Made by a program: the position numbers and the translations under genes. A stretch of DNA of 64,000 nucleotides from Callorhinchus milii. Lineage: Eukaryota. Of the stretch, positions 23,501-36,399 are shown piece by piece. The DNA lies in contig NW_024704743.1 of assembly GCF_018977255.1 (NCBI RefSeq), forward strand, positions 69,876,001-69,940,000, given 5' to 3'. Under the pieces are notes generated by a model, which made no database searches, had not been told where the DNA came from, and was given only the letters and a program-made list of their open reading frames with translations. Position 1 is the first letter of the stretch. Each line of letters opens with the position of its first letter.

Positions 23501-26449
23501 TTTTTATCTTCTGACCTGAATGCTCACTTTACTCCACATGACAGCACTCTTGTGACTTTGGTCTGAATGAGTCATCTTTGCATTTCATAGTTCCCCATCG
23601 AGTTGCCATCTTTCACTCTGCTGCAGAACTGAGGCAGCAGCAGTTGGAGCTGCTCCGGTAACAGACGCTCAGCACGGTTTGATATCAAAGTCACTCCCAA
23701 CTGCTAGATCTTCTGCTCTGTAACCAGTGAGCATGAAATCCAAAAAGATGAGAGGAGTTGCAGATCACCAGATTCCTTTAACTCAGCACTGTTCTGCCTG
23801 CCTGCCTGCCACACATCTGCCATATAAAAGTTTTGGCTCCTCACTACATTACAGAACTCAAAAGTTGTAATATAAACATTATGTAGACAAGGATTTTATT
23901 CTAGCAATACATGTTTTTTTGTCTATACAGTTTTTTTGTGTTTCCTTTTTCCCAAACACTGTTTTAGTTGTGAGCATAATTTAAAGAGGTATCTCTTCAT
24001 TAAAAACATTTGGAATTTATTTACAAATTACAATGGGAAAAACTCACATCACAACATTACAGTAATTATATTCAAAAGTTTTGGTCACTCAATCCACACT
24101 GGTGTACGCAATTGGCTGCTGTGTTTTGCCACAAAATACACAGTGAATGCACTTTACAATATATTTTGTGAAGCTTTGAGACTTGTCAATGACTTGATAA
24201 GGTGCTGTATCAAATATAAGGATTATTATTATTAATAGTGTCATTTAATTATGGCTAACATGATATACAACCCTTCCTATTGTTTTCCTCCTTCCAAAGA
24301 CGCTTAATTTGTTTGTTAAGACTTGATTTGCTAAGATGCTTCTTTCTTGAAAATTGTGCCCCTCTAAATACATGTGAATATAAATGTAACCTTACAAATT
24401 GTCATCAGGGAATAATTTATAGAGCCACTGTTGTGCCTCCCTGGCTGTCGTTTATGTAGAAATGCAGAAGTTGCTTTCATCTTCAATTAGTGAAGCAAAC
24501 TGATTGTTTTATTTGATAGAGACTAGCCTTTGAAGTCAGATACCACTTTGCAGGTTTATGAAGTTCAGCTCCAAAATACTATCAGTAGCAAGGGATAGTA
24601 AGGAGTTATTGTAATCCACATTAATGTCAGTAAAATGAATAGTAAAAGTACTGGCACGTTTTAAGAATACATTACCTTGTATTATATCTGAAGTATTATA
24701 AATCCTATTTATCTTTTGAATATCATTCACAGAACTCCCAATTTCCGCTGATTCACTTATTGAACAATTCCATTTGCTGAACAAATTAGTTGTTGGTCAC
24801 TGGTAATTTTCTAAATTGCTCATTCTGAAGGTCCGGGAAAATCTGCAAGAACAAACCAAATGAACTAATTAACTAATTTTAAACTTATTCTATAAACTGT
24901 GTAATAAATTGCAGTTTATACTGTATTTTGATGCAGAATTTTACTATAAATTATTATCTACAATAGCCATAAAGTGCTACAACAACAACAATTTGCCTTT
25001 ATATAGCGGCCTTCACACAGGGTAGCGTCTTAGAGGGCTTGACAGTGGTTTAGCGCAACTCTGAGGTGAGTGGAGGTGGAAGTGACCATAGGCACCTTCC
25101 CTACCTCCCCTCCCCTAAAAGTACTGTACAAACCTTTTCATTTTCAGTCTTATGACATAAAGCACGTAACCTGGGAAATAGAGAATTGTGTAGCACTAGT
25201 GTGATCGAAAGAACAAGTCACCACCATGTCAAAGGCAGAGCCAGCGTCGCCAGTGGGGGAGGAGAAATATAGCTCCTTTTTATGCTACACTAAAGAACAC
25301 ACAGAGGATGTGACAGAAAAACAAAATAATAGTCAGGAAACTGATTGCTGGATTTATATTACGTATGAATTACTTCAGAGGAACACACCACTCTCCATTT
25401 ACTCTATAAGATCAAATAAAATTGATGTGAAAACTACCTAATAAGTATGTCAATGACAGTACCTGAATCTCTCAGTGAATTTTAAACCTAACCCAATCTG
25501 AGGTTCAGAGGACAGACAAATGCCACTTACTCTTTTGCTGTTGATGTATATGGGATTATCTGAATAGCTTTAATGGGCATTGCCTTATAATCTACTGAGA
25601 GGTAGCCAGTATCAACAGTATGTGATAAATTACATTATTATTTTCTGCTACTGTGTGATCAATGTTGTCGTGTTATGTACACTGAGACTAATGCAGAGCT
25701 GCCAAATGATGAAAATGAACATAGCTGTTGATTACATATTTATTTAAACAGTGTTTTGTTTGTAAGGAGCCGAGTATTTTTTTCCAGTGCCTTTAAAAAT
25801 CTAATGTTAGATAGTAAAGATAAATATTTTCCCCAGAAAAATGAATGTAAATGAATAGACAGTGCCCAGTCTGGATAAATAGGGCAATCATGTAGGGGGA
25901 AAAATCATATGGGGGAAAGATGGACAAACATAGTCTATTCCTTAATTACAGAATGCTTTATCGCCAGGATGGAATAATATGGAATTAAAACATGTCCTTC
26001 AAAGTCCCCACTCCAAATACTGTAGAATATTTCACCCATGTAGTTTTCACATTCAAAACCACTGCTTTTTTAGTTAGAGAGGATCCTGAGCCCTTTGTCC
26101 CAGGACATGGGAGCAGTATCTTAACATAAGATAGTAATGCAGATACTAAATTCACATTTTCTGGTAGTATTTATTAAGGAGAACATTAACTTGCCATCCA
26201 GCCTTTAAGGTGTATCCTAATATCCAAGAAGATGCTAAAGCTATGGGGAGACAAATATTCTTGAAAAATTAAAGGGATTTTAAACTAAAAAATTCCAGGG
26301 CCAGTCTGTGTATAGAGCAGCTTTCTGAAGAAGATTTGGGAGGAAGTTTGCAAGTCAATGCCCATGAAGTTTCACAGGATTGAAGGCGAGGCAACATGGA
26401 AAGAATGTTGTACTACTTACAAACCAAATATATGTTGAAGGAAACGTGA

Positions 26450-27690
26450 TTCAGCTGCACCTATTTTCATTACTTGACACAATGCTGTGCAAGAGATTGG
26501 CATACAAGATTGGAAGGCATGGAATGGGAATAGGAAGGGACTTCTGAAATGGATCGAAAAATGGCAAGTATGAGGGAAACAAGAGATAGTTGAACAATTT
26601 GCTGCATCAACATGGATGGACGGAAATAGCAGAGTGCTTCAGACATCTGTGATAGGGCTGTTGCTATTCACACTGTACATGAATGATTTGGATGTAAGAA
26701 CAGAAATCTGCTATGTATGTTTGCTGATGATGAAGAACTTGCGTTGAAAAATAACATGAAACAGACTGATCAAATACAAAGGTTGAAATCATTATTGCAG
26801 TGTACAGCAGCCGTAAAGAGAGTGAACTGGACCTTTGGGTGTATAGCTAGAGGGATGAAGGATAAATCACAGAAAGTGATACAGGGGAACCCCTTTCATA
26901 TAGGGCTGCCTCACTTGTAGATCTACTGTGGAACTTCTCTAACCAGAAGTGTGGTTCATCTGGCTTCTGGTACTAGAAAATGGTTAAACAATAAGGTGCC
27001 GAGTTATTACTGATGTCACTTTCTGTGTGTTGCCCATATGCAGGAGATATTACTAACACCAGTTCCTATATATAACGTTCTTGTGCAGTGCGCAGGAAGT
27101 GATGTTAATGGTATTTCGTGTTCATAGTATGAAGTGACATCAGCGGCAGCCAGTTGTTCTGTGCCTACATGAAGGAAGGCAGTAAATCAGTGTGAGAAGC
27201 AGGAGGTGAATTGCGCAGGGTCCACGTACACCCACATTTTAATCGAAATATATTGGGGTCTGACAGTATCTGTACCTGTGCACAAATCTGGTTCCTGTAT
27301 TACAGTAACATTGGAGAGAATAAGGTGAAAGGAAACTAAATTGATAGTCAGAATTAAGCATTTTAGTTACAAGAAGTTACAGAAGCTGAGAATTTCAGAC
27401 TAATAAATAGAAACCTTAGAGGAGATCTGATTGAAGTACTTGAGGTCTAAAATGTCACATAAAAAATGAAATCTAATAATATATTTAACATGATTAAAAC
27501 ACCTAGAACAAATTGACATGGAGTTGAGATCAGAAAGAGGGTGAACAGACAGATTTGATTCAATTACTTTATACAAAAAGTAGTGAATACGTGGAATAAA
27601 TTAACCATGTGAGATGGTGAAGGCAGATTCGGTCATCTAATGCAAGGAAAAATTGAAAACCTGTTTGAGGACATTTCCAGCTATGCAGAT
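26450..27690 (+). mobile_element. Old CR1 ORF2/3' fragment, interrupted by a palindromic insertion
   Basis: RT motif MFADD, ctattcacactgtacatgaatgatttggat, cttagaggagatctgattgaagta, gtgaatacgtggaataaatta. Confidence 0.75.
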
Positions 27691-28326
27691 CCTACAGCCC
27701 TGTACATAAATATAAAATTGGTAAATTTTGGGGGCTGTTTGTGGGACATTACTGTGTGCAAATTGGCTGTCTTGTTTGCCCACAAAATACAGTCACTCAA
27801 TTTTATAGTATATGCTGTGAAGCTGCTTGAGATGTACTCCTGATGTGAAATGTGCTATATCAAATGTAAGAATTATTATATAAAAAGGATGACAAATCTC
27901 TCACAACCAACTCCGGACCCACTGGTCTAAGAGACAGTACATCTCAGGTAAAATAATGGAAGTTAATCTACGAAACAGGTTAGAGGAGTATCTGTACAGC
28001 AGTAACATATTAAAAAACGGGCAGTATGAATTTACAAAGGAAAGATCATGCTTTAGAAAACGCCATGATTTATGGAGGACATTACAGAACAAGTAGGCAA
28101 TGGATCTCTGTATAGTATAGTTTATTTGGGCTTTAATGAAAGACGAAAGAAAAATGTTACATTTTACAGTGCCTTATCACATTGGAAAGTCTCAAAGCAC
28201 TTTACAGTAATAACTATCAAGTATAGTAACTGTTTATGAAGGGAAATTTGACAGCCATTTTGCACACAGTAAGGCCCCACAAAACAACACCACCTTGCAT
28301 TTATATAGCGCCTTCATGTAGGGTAG

Positions 28327-28685
28327 CACTCCTCTGCACCCCCCCTACCTCTCTGACCTCCTCTCTCCTCAAAACAGTACCCGTTGCCTTTGTTCCTCCG
28401 AGTCTGGCCTCCTCCTCGTCCCCCGAGTCCTCCGCTCCACCCTCGGCGGCCGTGCCTTCAGCTACTATGCCCCGAGGTTCTAGAACTGCCTTCCTCACTC
28501 CCTTCGTCTCGCTCCCTCCCTTCCCATTTTCAGGTCTCTGCTGAAGACCTTTCTTTTTGACCGCGTCTTTGGTCACCTTCCTCCCCCTCCCCCTGGCTCG
28601 ATCCTGGGATCCGTTACTGTAAAGCTCTCTGAGACGCCGTCCGGCGTGTGGGGCGCTATATAACTCCAAGTTGTTGTTGTTGTTG
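28327..28685 (+). mobile_element. L2 LINE 3' fragment (tail variant B)
   Basis: ctcggcggccgtgccttcagc (GGRAFS), ctgaagacctttctttttgacc, tail ctctgagacgccgtccggcgtgtggggcgctatataactccaag(ttg)n. Confidence 0.9.
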
Positions 28686-28719
28686 TAACTTCTTGGAGCC
28701 ATTCCTTCCGTTGTGATGT

Positions 28720-29008
28720 TAGACTGAGATCCTGTCTGCTTTTTCACATTTCATGACACTTAAAGATGCCTGGTATTATTTGAAAAGTGAATAGGGTTTC
28801 TCCTGTGCTCTTGACCAACAATCCCCAAGATAAAATTGGTCAGTCACTTTATGGCTGTTTATCAGACATTACTGTGCCCTCAAATTGTCTGCTGGTTTAC
28901 CTACAAAATACACAGTCACTACACTTTACAGCAAAATCCTGTGAAGCCCTTTGATATATCCTCCTGATGTGAAAAGCGCTATATTAAATGCAAGTAGTAA
29001 TTATTATT
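28720..29008 (+). mobile_element. DeuSINE ending about 50 nt upstream of the PLCL2 acceptor
   Basis: taaagatgcctggtatta...aaattggtcagtcac...gtgaaaagcgctatattaaatgcaag(tat)n. Confidence 0.8.
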
Positions 29009-29056
29009 GTAAGATCCTGTGCATGAAGTATTTACAGAAATTCCTCCTCTTTCCAG

Positions 29057-31543
29057 GATGGCACCAGACAGCGGAGGGAGAGGAAGAAAACTGTTTCCTT
29101 CAGCAGCATGCCGACAGAAAAGAAGATCAGCAGTGCCAGCGATTGCATCAATTCCATGTGTGAGGGCTCCGAACTCAAAAAGGTTCGCTCCAATTCCAGA
29201 GTTTATCAGCGCTACTTTCTTTTGGATGCAGACATGCAGTCTCTCAGATGGGAACCTTCAAAGAAGGAATTAGACAAGGCAAAGATTGACATAAAGTCCA
29301 TCAAAGAAGTACGAGTAGGAAAAAATACGGATATATTTCGCACCAATACAGTTTATGATCAGATTTCAGAAGACTGTGCATTTTCAATAATATATGGAGA
29401 TAATTATGAGTCATTGGATCTTGTGGCCAATTCAGCAGATATAGCAAATATTTGGGTTACAGGCTTACGGTACTTGATCTCATATGGGAAGCACACACTA
29501 GACATGATAGAGAGCAGGCATGATAGCATGCGGACATCATGGCTTTCAGATATCTTTGTGGAAGCAGATACAAACTATGTAGGACACATAACATTAAATA
29601 GAGCCGTACAACTTATTAAAACTATGAACCCTGGACTGAAAACCACCAAAATTGAATTAAAATTCAAAGAATTGCACAAATCAAAAGAGAAGGGGGGAAC
29701 TAATGTGATCAAAGAGGAACTCATAGAAGTTTATCATGAGCTGTGCACGAGACCTGAAATATATTTTTTGTTAGTCCAGTTTTCGAGCAATAAAGAATTT
29801 CTAGATTCCAAGGACATGATGATGTTTTTGGAGGCAGAGCAGGGAATACCACACCTGACAGAACAAGTAAGCATGGATATTATTCAGAAATATGAGCCAT
29901 CAAAAGAAGGACAGAAAAAAGGTTGGCTTTCCTTAGATGGCTTTACCAAGTACCTCATGTCACCTGAATGCCATATATTTGATCCTGAGCACAAGAAGGT
30001 CTGTCAGGATATGACACAGCCTGTGTCTCATTATTACATTAATGCATCTCATAACACTTACTTGATTGAGGACCAGTTCCGAGGTCCTTCAGATATCACT
30101 GGATACATTCGTGCTTTGAAAATGGGATGTCGAAGTATTGAGCTGGATGTTTGGGATGGACCAGATAATGAACCAGTCATCTACACAGGCCACACTATGA
30201 CTTCACAGATAGTCTTCCGCAGCGTCATTGACATCATTAACAAATACGCTTTTGTTGCATCTGAATACCCTTTGATTTTATGTGCGGAAAACCACTGTTC
30301 TATAAAGCAGCAGAAGGTAATGATCCAGCACGTGAAAAAGATCTTGGGAGACAAATTGTACACAAAGCCCCCAAATATTGATGACCATTATCTACCATCC
30401 CCAGAAGTCCTAAAGCACAAAATTTTGTTAAAGGCAAAGAAGCTGTCAGCAGATTGCACAGGGCTGGAGGGTGATGTGACTGATGAGGATGAAGGTGCGG
30501 AAATGTCCCAGAGGATGGGAGGTGAGAATACAGACCAGCAGAATGTAGTTCCAAATAAAAGATTTCAGCTTTGCAAAGAACTCTCTGACATGGTGGCACT
30601 TTGCAAGTCGGTGATGTTTAAGGACTTCAATGAATCATTTCAAAATCAGAAATTTTGGGAATTCTGCTCATTCAATGAAGTAATTGCTAGTAGACATGCC
30701 AATGAATATCCTGAAGACTTTGTGAATTACAATAAACGCTTCCTTGCCAGAATATATCCGAGTCCAATGAGGATAGATTCAAGCAACATGAATCCTCAGG
30801 ACTTTTGGAAGTGTGGCTGCCAGGTAGTGGCAATGAATTTCCAGACACCTGGTTTAATGATGGATCTTAATATTGGCTGGTTCCGTCAGAATGGAAACTG
30901 TGGATATGTGCTTCGTCCTGCAATCATGAGAGAGGAGGTGTCTTACTTCAGTGCCAACACAAAGGATTCTGTGCCAGGCGTTTCACCTCAACTGCTCCAC
31001 ATCAAAATCATTAGTGGCCAAAGTTTCCCCAAACCCAAAGGCTCAGGTTCGAAAGGTGATGTTGTGGATCCTTATGTGTATGTAGAGATCCACGGGATAC
31101 CTGCAGATTGTGCAGAGCAAAGAACTAAAACCGTTAACCAGAACGGAGAGAACCCCATCTTTGACGAAAGTTTTGAATTCCAGATTAATCTTCCTGAACT
31201 GGCAATGGTCCGATTTGTGGTTTTGGATGATGACTACATTGGGGACGAGTTTATCGGCCAGTATACTATTCCATTTGAATGCTTGCAACCAGGATACAGG
31301 CATGTACCACTGCAGTCGCTGACGGGGGACGTTCTACCATGTGCGTCGCTCTTTGTGCACGTAGCAATCACTAACCGAAGAGGTGGAGGGAAACCTCACA
31401 AACGTGGTCTTTCTGTGCGGAAAGCTAAAAGGTCGAGAGAGTATGCTAACATGAGAACAATCTTGATTAAGACTGTAGATGAAGTCTTCAAGCCTGCTAA
31501 CCAGCAACTGAGGGAAGCGACTGATCTTCGAGAAAACATGCAG
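29057..31543 (+). CDS. PLCL2: PLCL2 large internal coding exon (homologous to mammalian exon 2), 829 codons, phase 0-0
   Basis: Acceptor ttcctcctctttccag| ends at 29056 and donor CAG|gtaagg starts at 31544. Translation [34 protein letters not shown]...[11 protein letters not shown] matches vertebrate PLCL2 as I recall it. It includes a PH domain, EF-hand region, X box (SHNTY, ELDVWDG, ENHCS), Y box ([13 protein letters not shown]) and C2 domain. The ORF track (29108-31744) misses 17 N-terminal codons and runs past the donor. Confidence 0.97.
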
Positions 31544-31600
31544 GTAAGGTTATGTAAATGTAGTTTGTTTCACTCCAATTGCAGTGTAACAGAAATTGAC

Positions 31601-31820
31601 CCACTCTGGAACTCCATCCCAGAGTTCCTCCAAATCACCTCCTCCTTTCCAACTTTCAAAGCCCTTCTCGTGACTCACCTCTTTGACTGTGCATTCAGTC
31701 ATCGTTTTTCCCTTCCTCAGCTCCCTCTCCCACTGGATTGTTGACGATCCAGCTGTATAAAGCACTTTGAGGCATCATCCTGACTTAAAAGGCGTTATAT
31801 AACTGTAACTTGTATTGTGT
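31601..31820 (+). mobile_element. Degenerate L2 3' fragment just downstream of the donor
   Basis: Peptide LWNSIP...[14 protein letters not shown]; tail aagcactttgaggcatcatcctgacttaaaaggcgttatat. Confidence 0.8.
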
Positions 31821-33647
31821 TGTACTGTGATTGTTTATTGTGAGGTAATTTGCAGCCTAAATTTAATAATGATTTCACTATTGGGTATGAATTACAGTAC
31901 CCACACACCTGATAATAATCCCTCAAGAAAAAAATAGTAAATTGGTCACTTCAATCCACAGTTGTTTGTGGGACACTGCTGTGCTCAATTGGCTGCCGAC
32001 CTTCTTGTGCCCTAGATTGTAGCCTTTTACTAAGAAAAATCCTTTGGGAAAGTTGCAACCCATTAACAAGTAGTCAACAACAACAACAACAAACACATGT
32101 AAAAGCCAAAATCCACACATGGGCAGTTAGATGGCATTGCAGAATGCAAGTATGGGGGTGGTTGGGTGGGGGAGGCAATTGAGCTACAACATGCTTGAGT
32201 AATTTATATTTGATAATTAAGAAATTTCTACATCTCGGCTGAAAGGTAGACTGGAGTATTGTATTAGTGTTGTGAGGCTATTTTCATATGGGAATTTTGA
32301 CCCTAATTAAGACCATAATCCATCTTGTTTTAGCCCTAAAACTGATTTTGTTTTAAAATTCAGATTGCACAGAAAGGTGGAAAATGTTTCAATTCAGTAC
32401 TAAATAGTTCTTTCATTTTAAGAACTGCAGTTAATCAGCTCCAAAATAAGTCTGAATTTAAGTCACTTTTGCTATTCTGAGCAAGTGTCCATTTTAAGAC
32501 AAAATCGTCTTACAGGCTAAGACTAGGTGGAATGTTTTGACTGCCAGTGAGCTGGTTTGGGCCAGTGGAGGAAATTAAAGATCATGTACCCTTATTTAAT
32601 AATCGGATAAACTCTGGTAAATTCATTTCAGCAGAACTCCATTAAACAGAAATTAGCAGCATACCAAACTGTCTGGACGTTATAATAACTGCGAGCTTGA
32701 ATATTCTCATCAATGTGCAATTGCCTTTCCCATTACCAAAATTGGCAATAAAAAAGAAAGTAATATGTCATCAAGTGCCTGAGATTGGATTTGGTGATGG
32801 TAGAATTATTAATAATGCAATTTTTTTCATGATCATCGTTTGAATTAAATATTGTTTTAACGTAGCCTTTTGTTTTAAAAAAACATTGTTTCTAAAATGG
32901 ATAATGGGTCCTGCTACTAAGCCAGTCACCTTTGGTACTGTGGGCAGAGAGAGCTACAGCTGAACGTTGTCAAGCTGTTTTCCCAGGCATCAGAGGTGTT
33001 AGCTGTTTCCCCAAGGTATTAGAAATGAACAGCATCAACGTTGCAGGCTGTAGTTGGTTGGCCTGATCATTAATCTGGTTCAAAAAAATCTTTTAGAGCA
33101 GGAGGCTTTGTTTTTCTTAATTGAATAAAGCACCGTGGGAACACATTGAAATCTCCTGAGTATTCACAAGAGTTGTTGGCGAGTCTCAGAGAAACAGTTT
33201 TTTTGTGATTTTTAAATTTAAAAAATTCTAAGGAGCAAACACCAAGAAAAAATTAGAGTGTGTAAAAAGCAGTCCACAAATATAAAGAAAATATTCCAAT
33301 TTAGATAGAGGAATGATAGAGGAAAGAATATTTTAGCAGATCTTTTATGTGTAGATGAACATGTATTAGGCTCCTTAGGTTAGAATATTTAATATCCAAT
33401 GAAAGTGTTAGTTATTATTTACATGAATTAATAAATCCTATTTATTAGTGGTAATTCCACGTTTAAGGGTACCTGTAATTCCTCCTTGCATATATGTTTA
33501 GGTACTTAATAACCACATGTTTATACATGGATTACTCATAGATAAACTCTCCTTTATTATTCTGCTTTATTATTTTCCTTTATTATTCTGCTCAAAGGAA
33601 CATAATATTTTCATTTGTGGTTCTGAGCTCCTGCGGATGCAGCAAAG

Positions 33648-33875
33648 AACAACAACACAACAACAAGATTCCATTTATAAAGCGCCTTTCACGTCAGGAG
33701 GACGTCCCAAGGCGCTGCACAGTTGGGTCATGACCCGAGCAGGGGGGAAATGGTCAGGGGGAGGGGAGGGAGGGAGCAAGGAGGGGGGAAATGGTCAGGG
33801 TGAGGGGAGGGAAGGGAGGGAGCGAGGAGGGGGAAGAGAGTCGAGAGGGGAGCTGAAGGCACGGTCAAAGAGAAA
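33648..33875 (-). mobile_element. L2 3' fragment (variant A) with an internal ~45-nt G-rich duplication
   Basis: ggggggaaatggtcaggg occurs twice here but once in the 4541 copy. Confidence 0.85.
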
Positions 33876-34349
33876 AGCTTCCTCCAGTTCATTTGCGAAG
33901 TCCAGGATCAAGCAGTGAGGTGGATTTGTGGCAGACATGGGAAGTGGCTGCAGCGAGGGAGGGCTGTGGCCTACAACGATTATTTTGTCCTTGTAGAACA
34001 CAGAATTGCGATATGTTACAGCACAGAGACAGACCATTTGTCCCATCCGATCTATGCTGGTATCTCTCCATATGAATCTACTTAATCTAATCTCCTTGTC
34101 ACTCCCCCCATAACCTGCCTGGGTACATGATATGACCTGCTCAATATCGGGGTGGAACCGACAACTGGTGCATTTTCAGCATTTTATTTTTATTACTTGA
34201 GAATTTACCAGTTAATTAATCATGCTGGCAAATTCTTTTTAAAAACAAATATGAAGTCAAAATTTGGATCATACATGCAAGTTTGAATAAAATATTCAGA
34301 TTTTAGCCTTTTGAATTTTGGAGCAGGCATTCCATCCTATCAAGATGCA

Positions 34350-34625
34350 ATACAAATTGCATTTATATGTTCCTTTCCCATTGGGAGGACGTCTCAAAGA
34401 GCTTCCCAGTGCTGGCTGGGCACGTGACCTGGGGATGGGAGCCGAAGTGGGTTGGGAGAGGAAAGATGGTCATAAGCGCGTTCAAAGGGGTATTTTTTGA
34501 AGGAGGGGAGAAAGCGAACGAGTCAGAGGGACTCCAGGATGGAATTCCAGAGAGCGGGAGATGAATGGCTAAAACACCGATAGGAGGCAGATAGGGCAGG
34601 AGACGTGAAGCAGACTGGTGCTTGC
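34350..34625 (-). mobile_element. L2 3' fragment
   Basis: ttgcatttatatg...gggaggacgtctcaaag...ggaattccagag. Confidence 0.75.
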
Positions 34626-36399
34626 TCACATTTGTTACATTGGAACTCTGATGTATTGCATTTAAAAATAGAGTGAAAATAGTAGATTATTAAAAAATCA
34701 TTAAAAAAAGATGCCTGTTACATCCACAAACCTTGAATTCTCCCTCAATTGGGTTTTACATTCATCTGGAATAAGTCAGAGCATACCTAGGATTGTTACC
34801 AATCTTTATAAAACAAAGAGGTCAGTGTAAAAAAACAGTGAAAGTAGGTCACACCTTTAGTAATGGAAAATACTTCCTTGAGGAAGCAATGGAGAACAGG
34901 ATCCTCAGGGAAATAACTAAGTAGGAAGCTGTTAAAATTCATAGAATGTCATAGCTACAAGAAGTTGGTGCTTACGTAGGTGATAAATCAACTGATTGAA
35001 CCAGTTATTGCATCCTCTTTTTGTTGTGAAAACATGCCGGCATCAAAAAACAACCACTAGATTTTATACTCTCTGTCCATTACCGTGAGTGTGAATAAAC
35101 TAGGGCCAATCTTGGCAAAGCATTTGAATAAAAAATGAGGAAACTCCTCCACAGACTGCATTTGACGGGATTGAAGTGTGACATGAATCGCTGACTTATG
35201 TGAAATGCCCCTCCAGGGAATCACTTGATGACTGAAAATCAGCTCAATTTTCTACTTGGAATCATACATTTGTTAAATATATTTGATCGTTGATTGGAGC
35301 AAGATAGAGGTAAATGGTAGAATAATAATTAGAATGAACAGAAACTTAATCTCCATCTTCTTAGTTGAATGTTGGAGTATAGGCAGACACTTTAGCCCTA
35401 ATAAATGACTCACTCCATGCTCTGCTGAGTAAGTAACTTCATATCGATGGACTGGTGCAGGTTGGAATTGCGTTGAGAAAGGACTGGGATAAAATGACAC
35501 AAGTGTTAAACTCAAAATGAAATAAATCTAGCCTTTAAGAGGCTAACCTAATCCATTTACAAAATATTGAATGAGAGATTCACACAATGACCAAGCCACT
35601 ATATTCTCTTGTGAAGTTAGAATTGTGCTTGAGGAATTCAATTACATGTTGATTTCAAGTTTGTGTCGAACATAAAAACATTATCCAAGAGTATATGATA
35701 TGGGAGCGAGAATTAGATTTATCTGATTAAGACTGGGGAGTAAATGCATTACAGAATGCATTACTGAACTCAAGGAATACAGTTCAGAATTCTGCAGAGT
35801 GATATTGTGAAGGGATTTGGGCAATTTAAGTTAATGAGAGATAGAATGGCAGATGTGTCTTAATGAAGTCAAATATAAGGCAATACAAATTGGCACTAGA
35901 AATAACAAACATTTAAAAAAAAACAAGTATCTGCCCATTAACAAAGGTGCAGAAAGAAAAGGTTTTGGATGTGACTGTTGATCATTCACTGAACATTTCC
36001 AGTGAATACGAAAATGTTTTCCAAAAAACTAATCAAGTTTTAGAGTATACTTGGTTAGCACTTTTTTCTGTAATTTAAAGGAGGCTGTTGTAGTTTTATA
36101 TAAATCATCCAATCATATTTGGAACATAGGATAAACTTTTGAGCATGATGGGCAAGTGGTGGGATTCATTATGGAATTCCCAAACCCGGAGTTGTGAGGA
36201 AAGGATCACAGAGCCTGGACTTGTTTTCAAAGAAGATTGAAAGAAGATCCAGGTCATTAACCTGTTGACAGAAATAAATTATGGTGGTAGAGCAGACTGC
36301 AGTATTTGTTTTATACTGTGAAAACAGAGGCAGAAGGTTAAAATTAGCAAGAGAAACATTATTTTCCCAGTGTACAAAGTAGTTAAGATGAGATGACTG

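Noticed and set aside
29108..31744. 878-aa ORF as a complete single-exon gene
   Set aside because: PLCL2 homology begins 17 codons before the ATG at a splice acceptor and ends at the donor at 31543; the protein continues at 63091.
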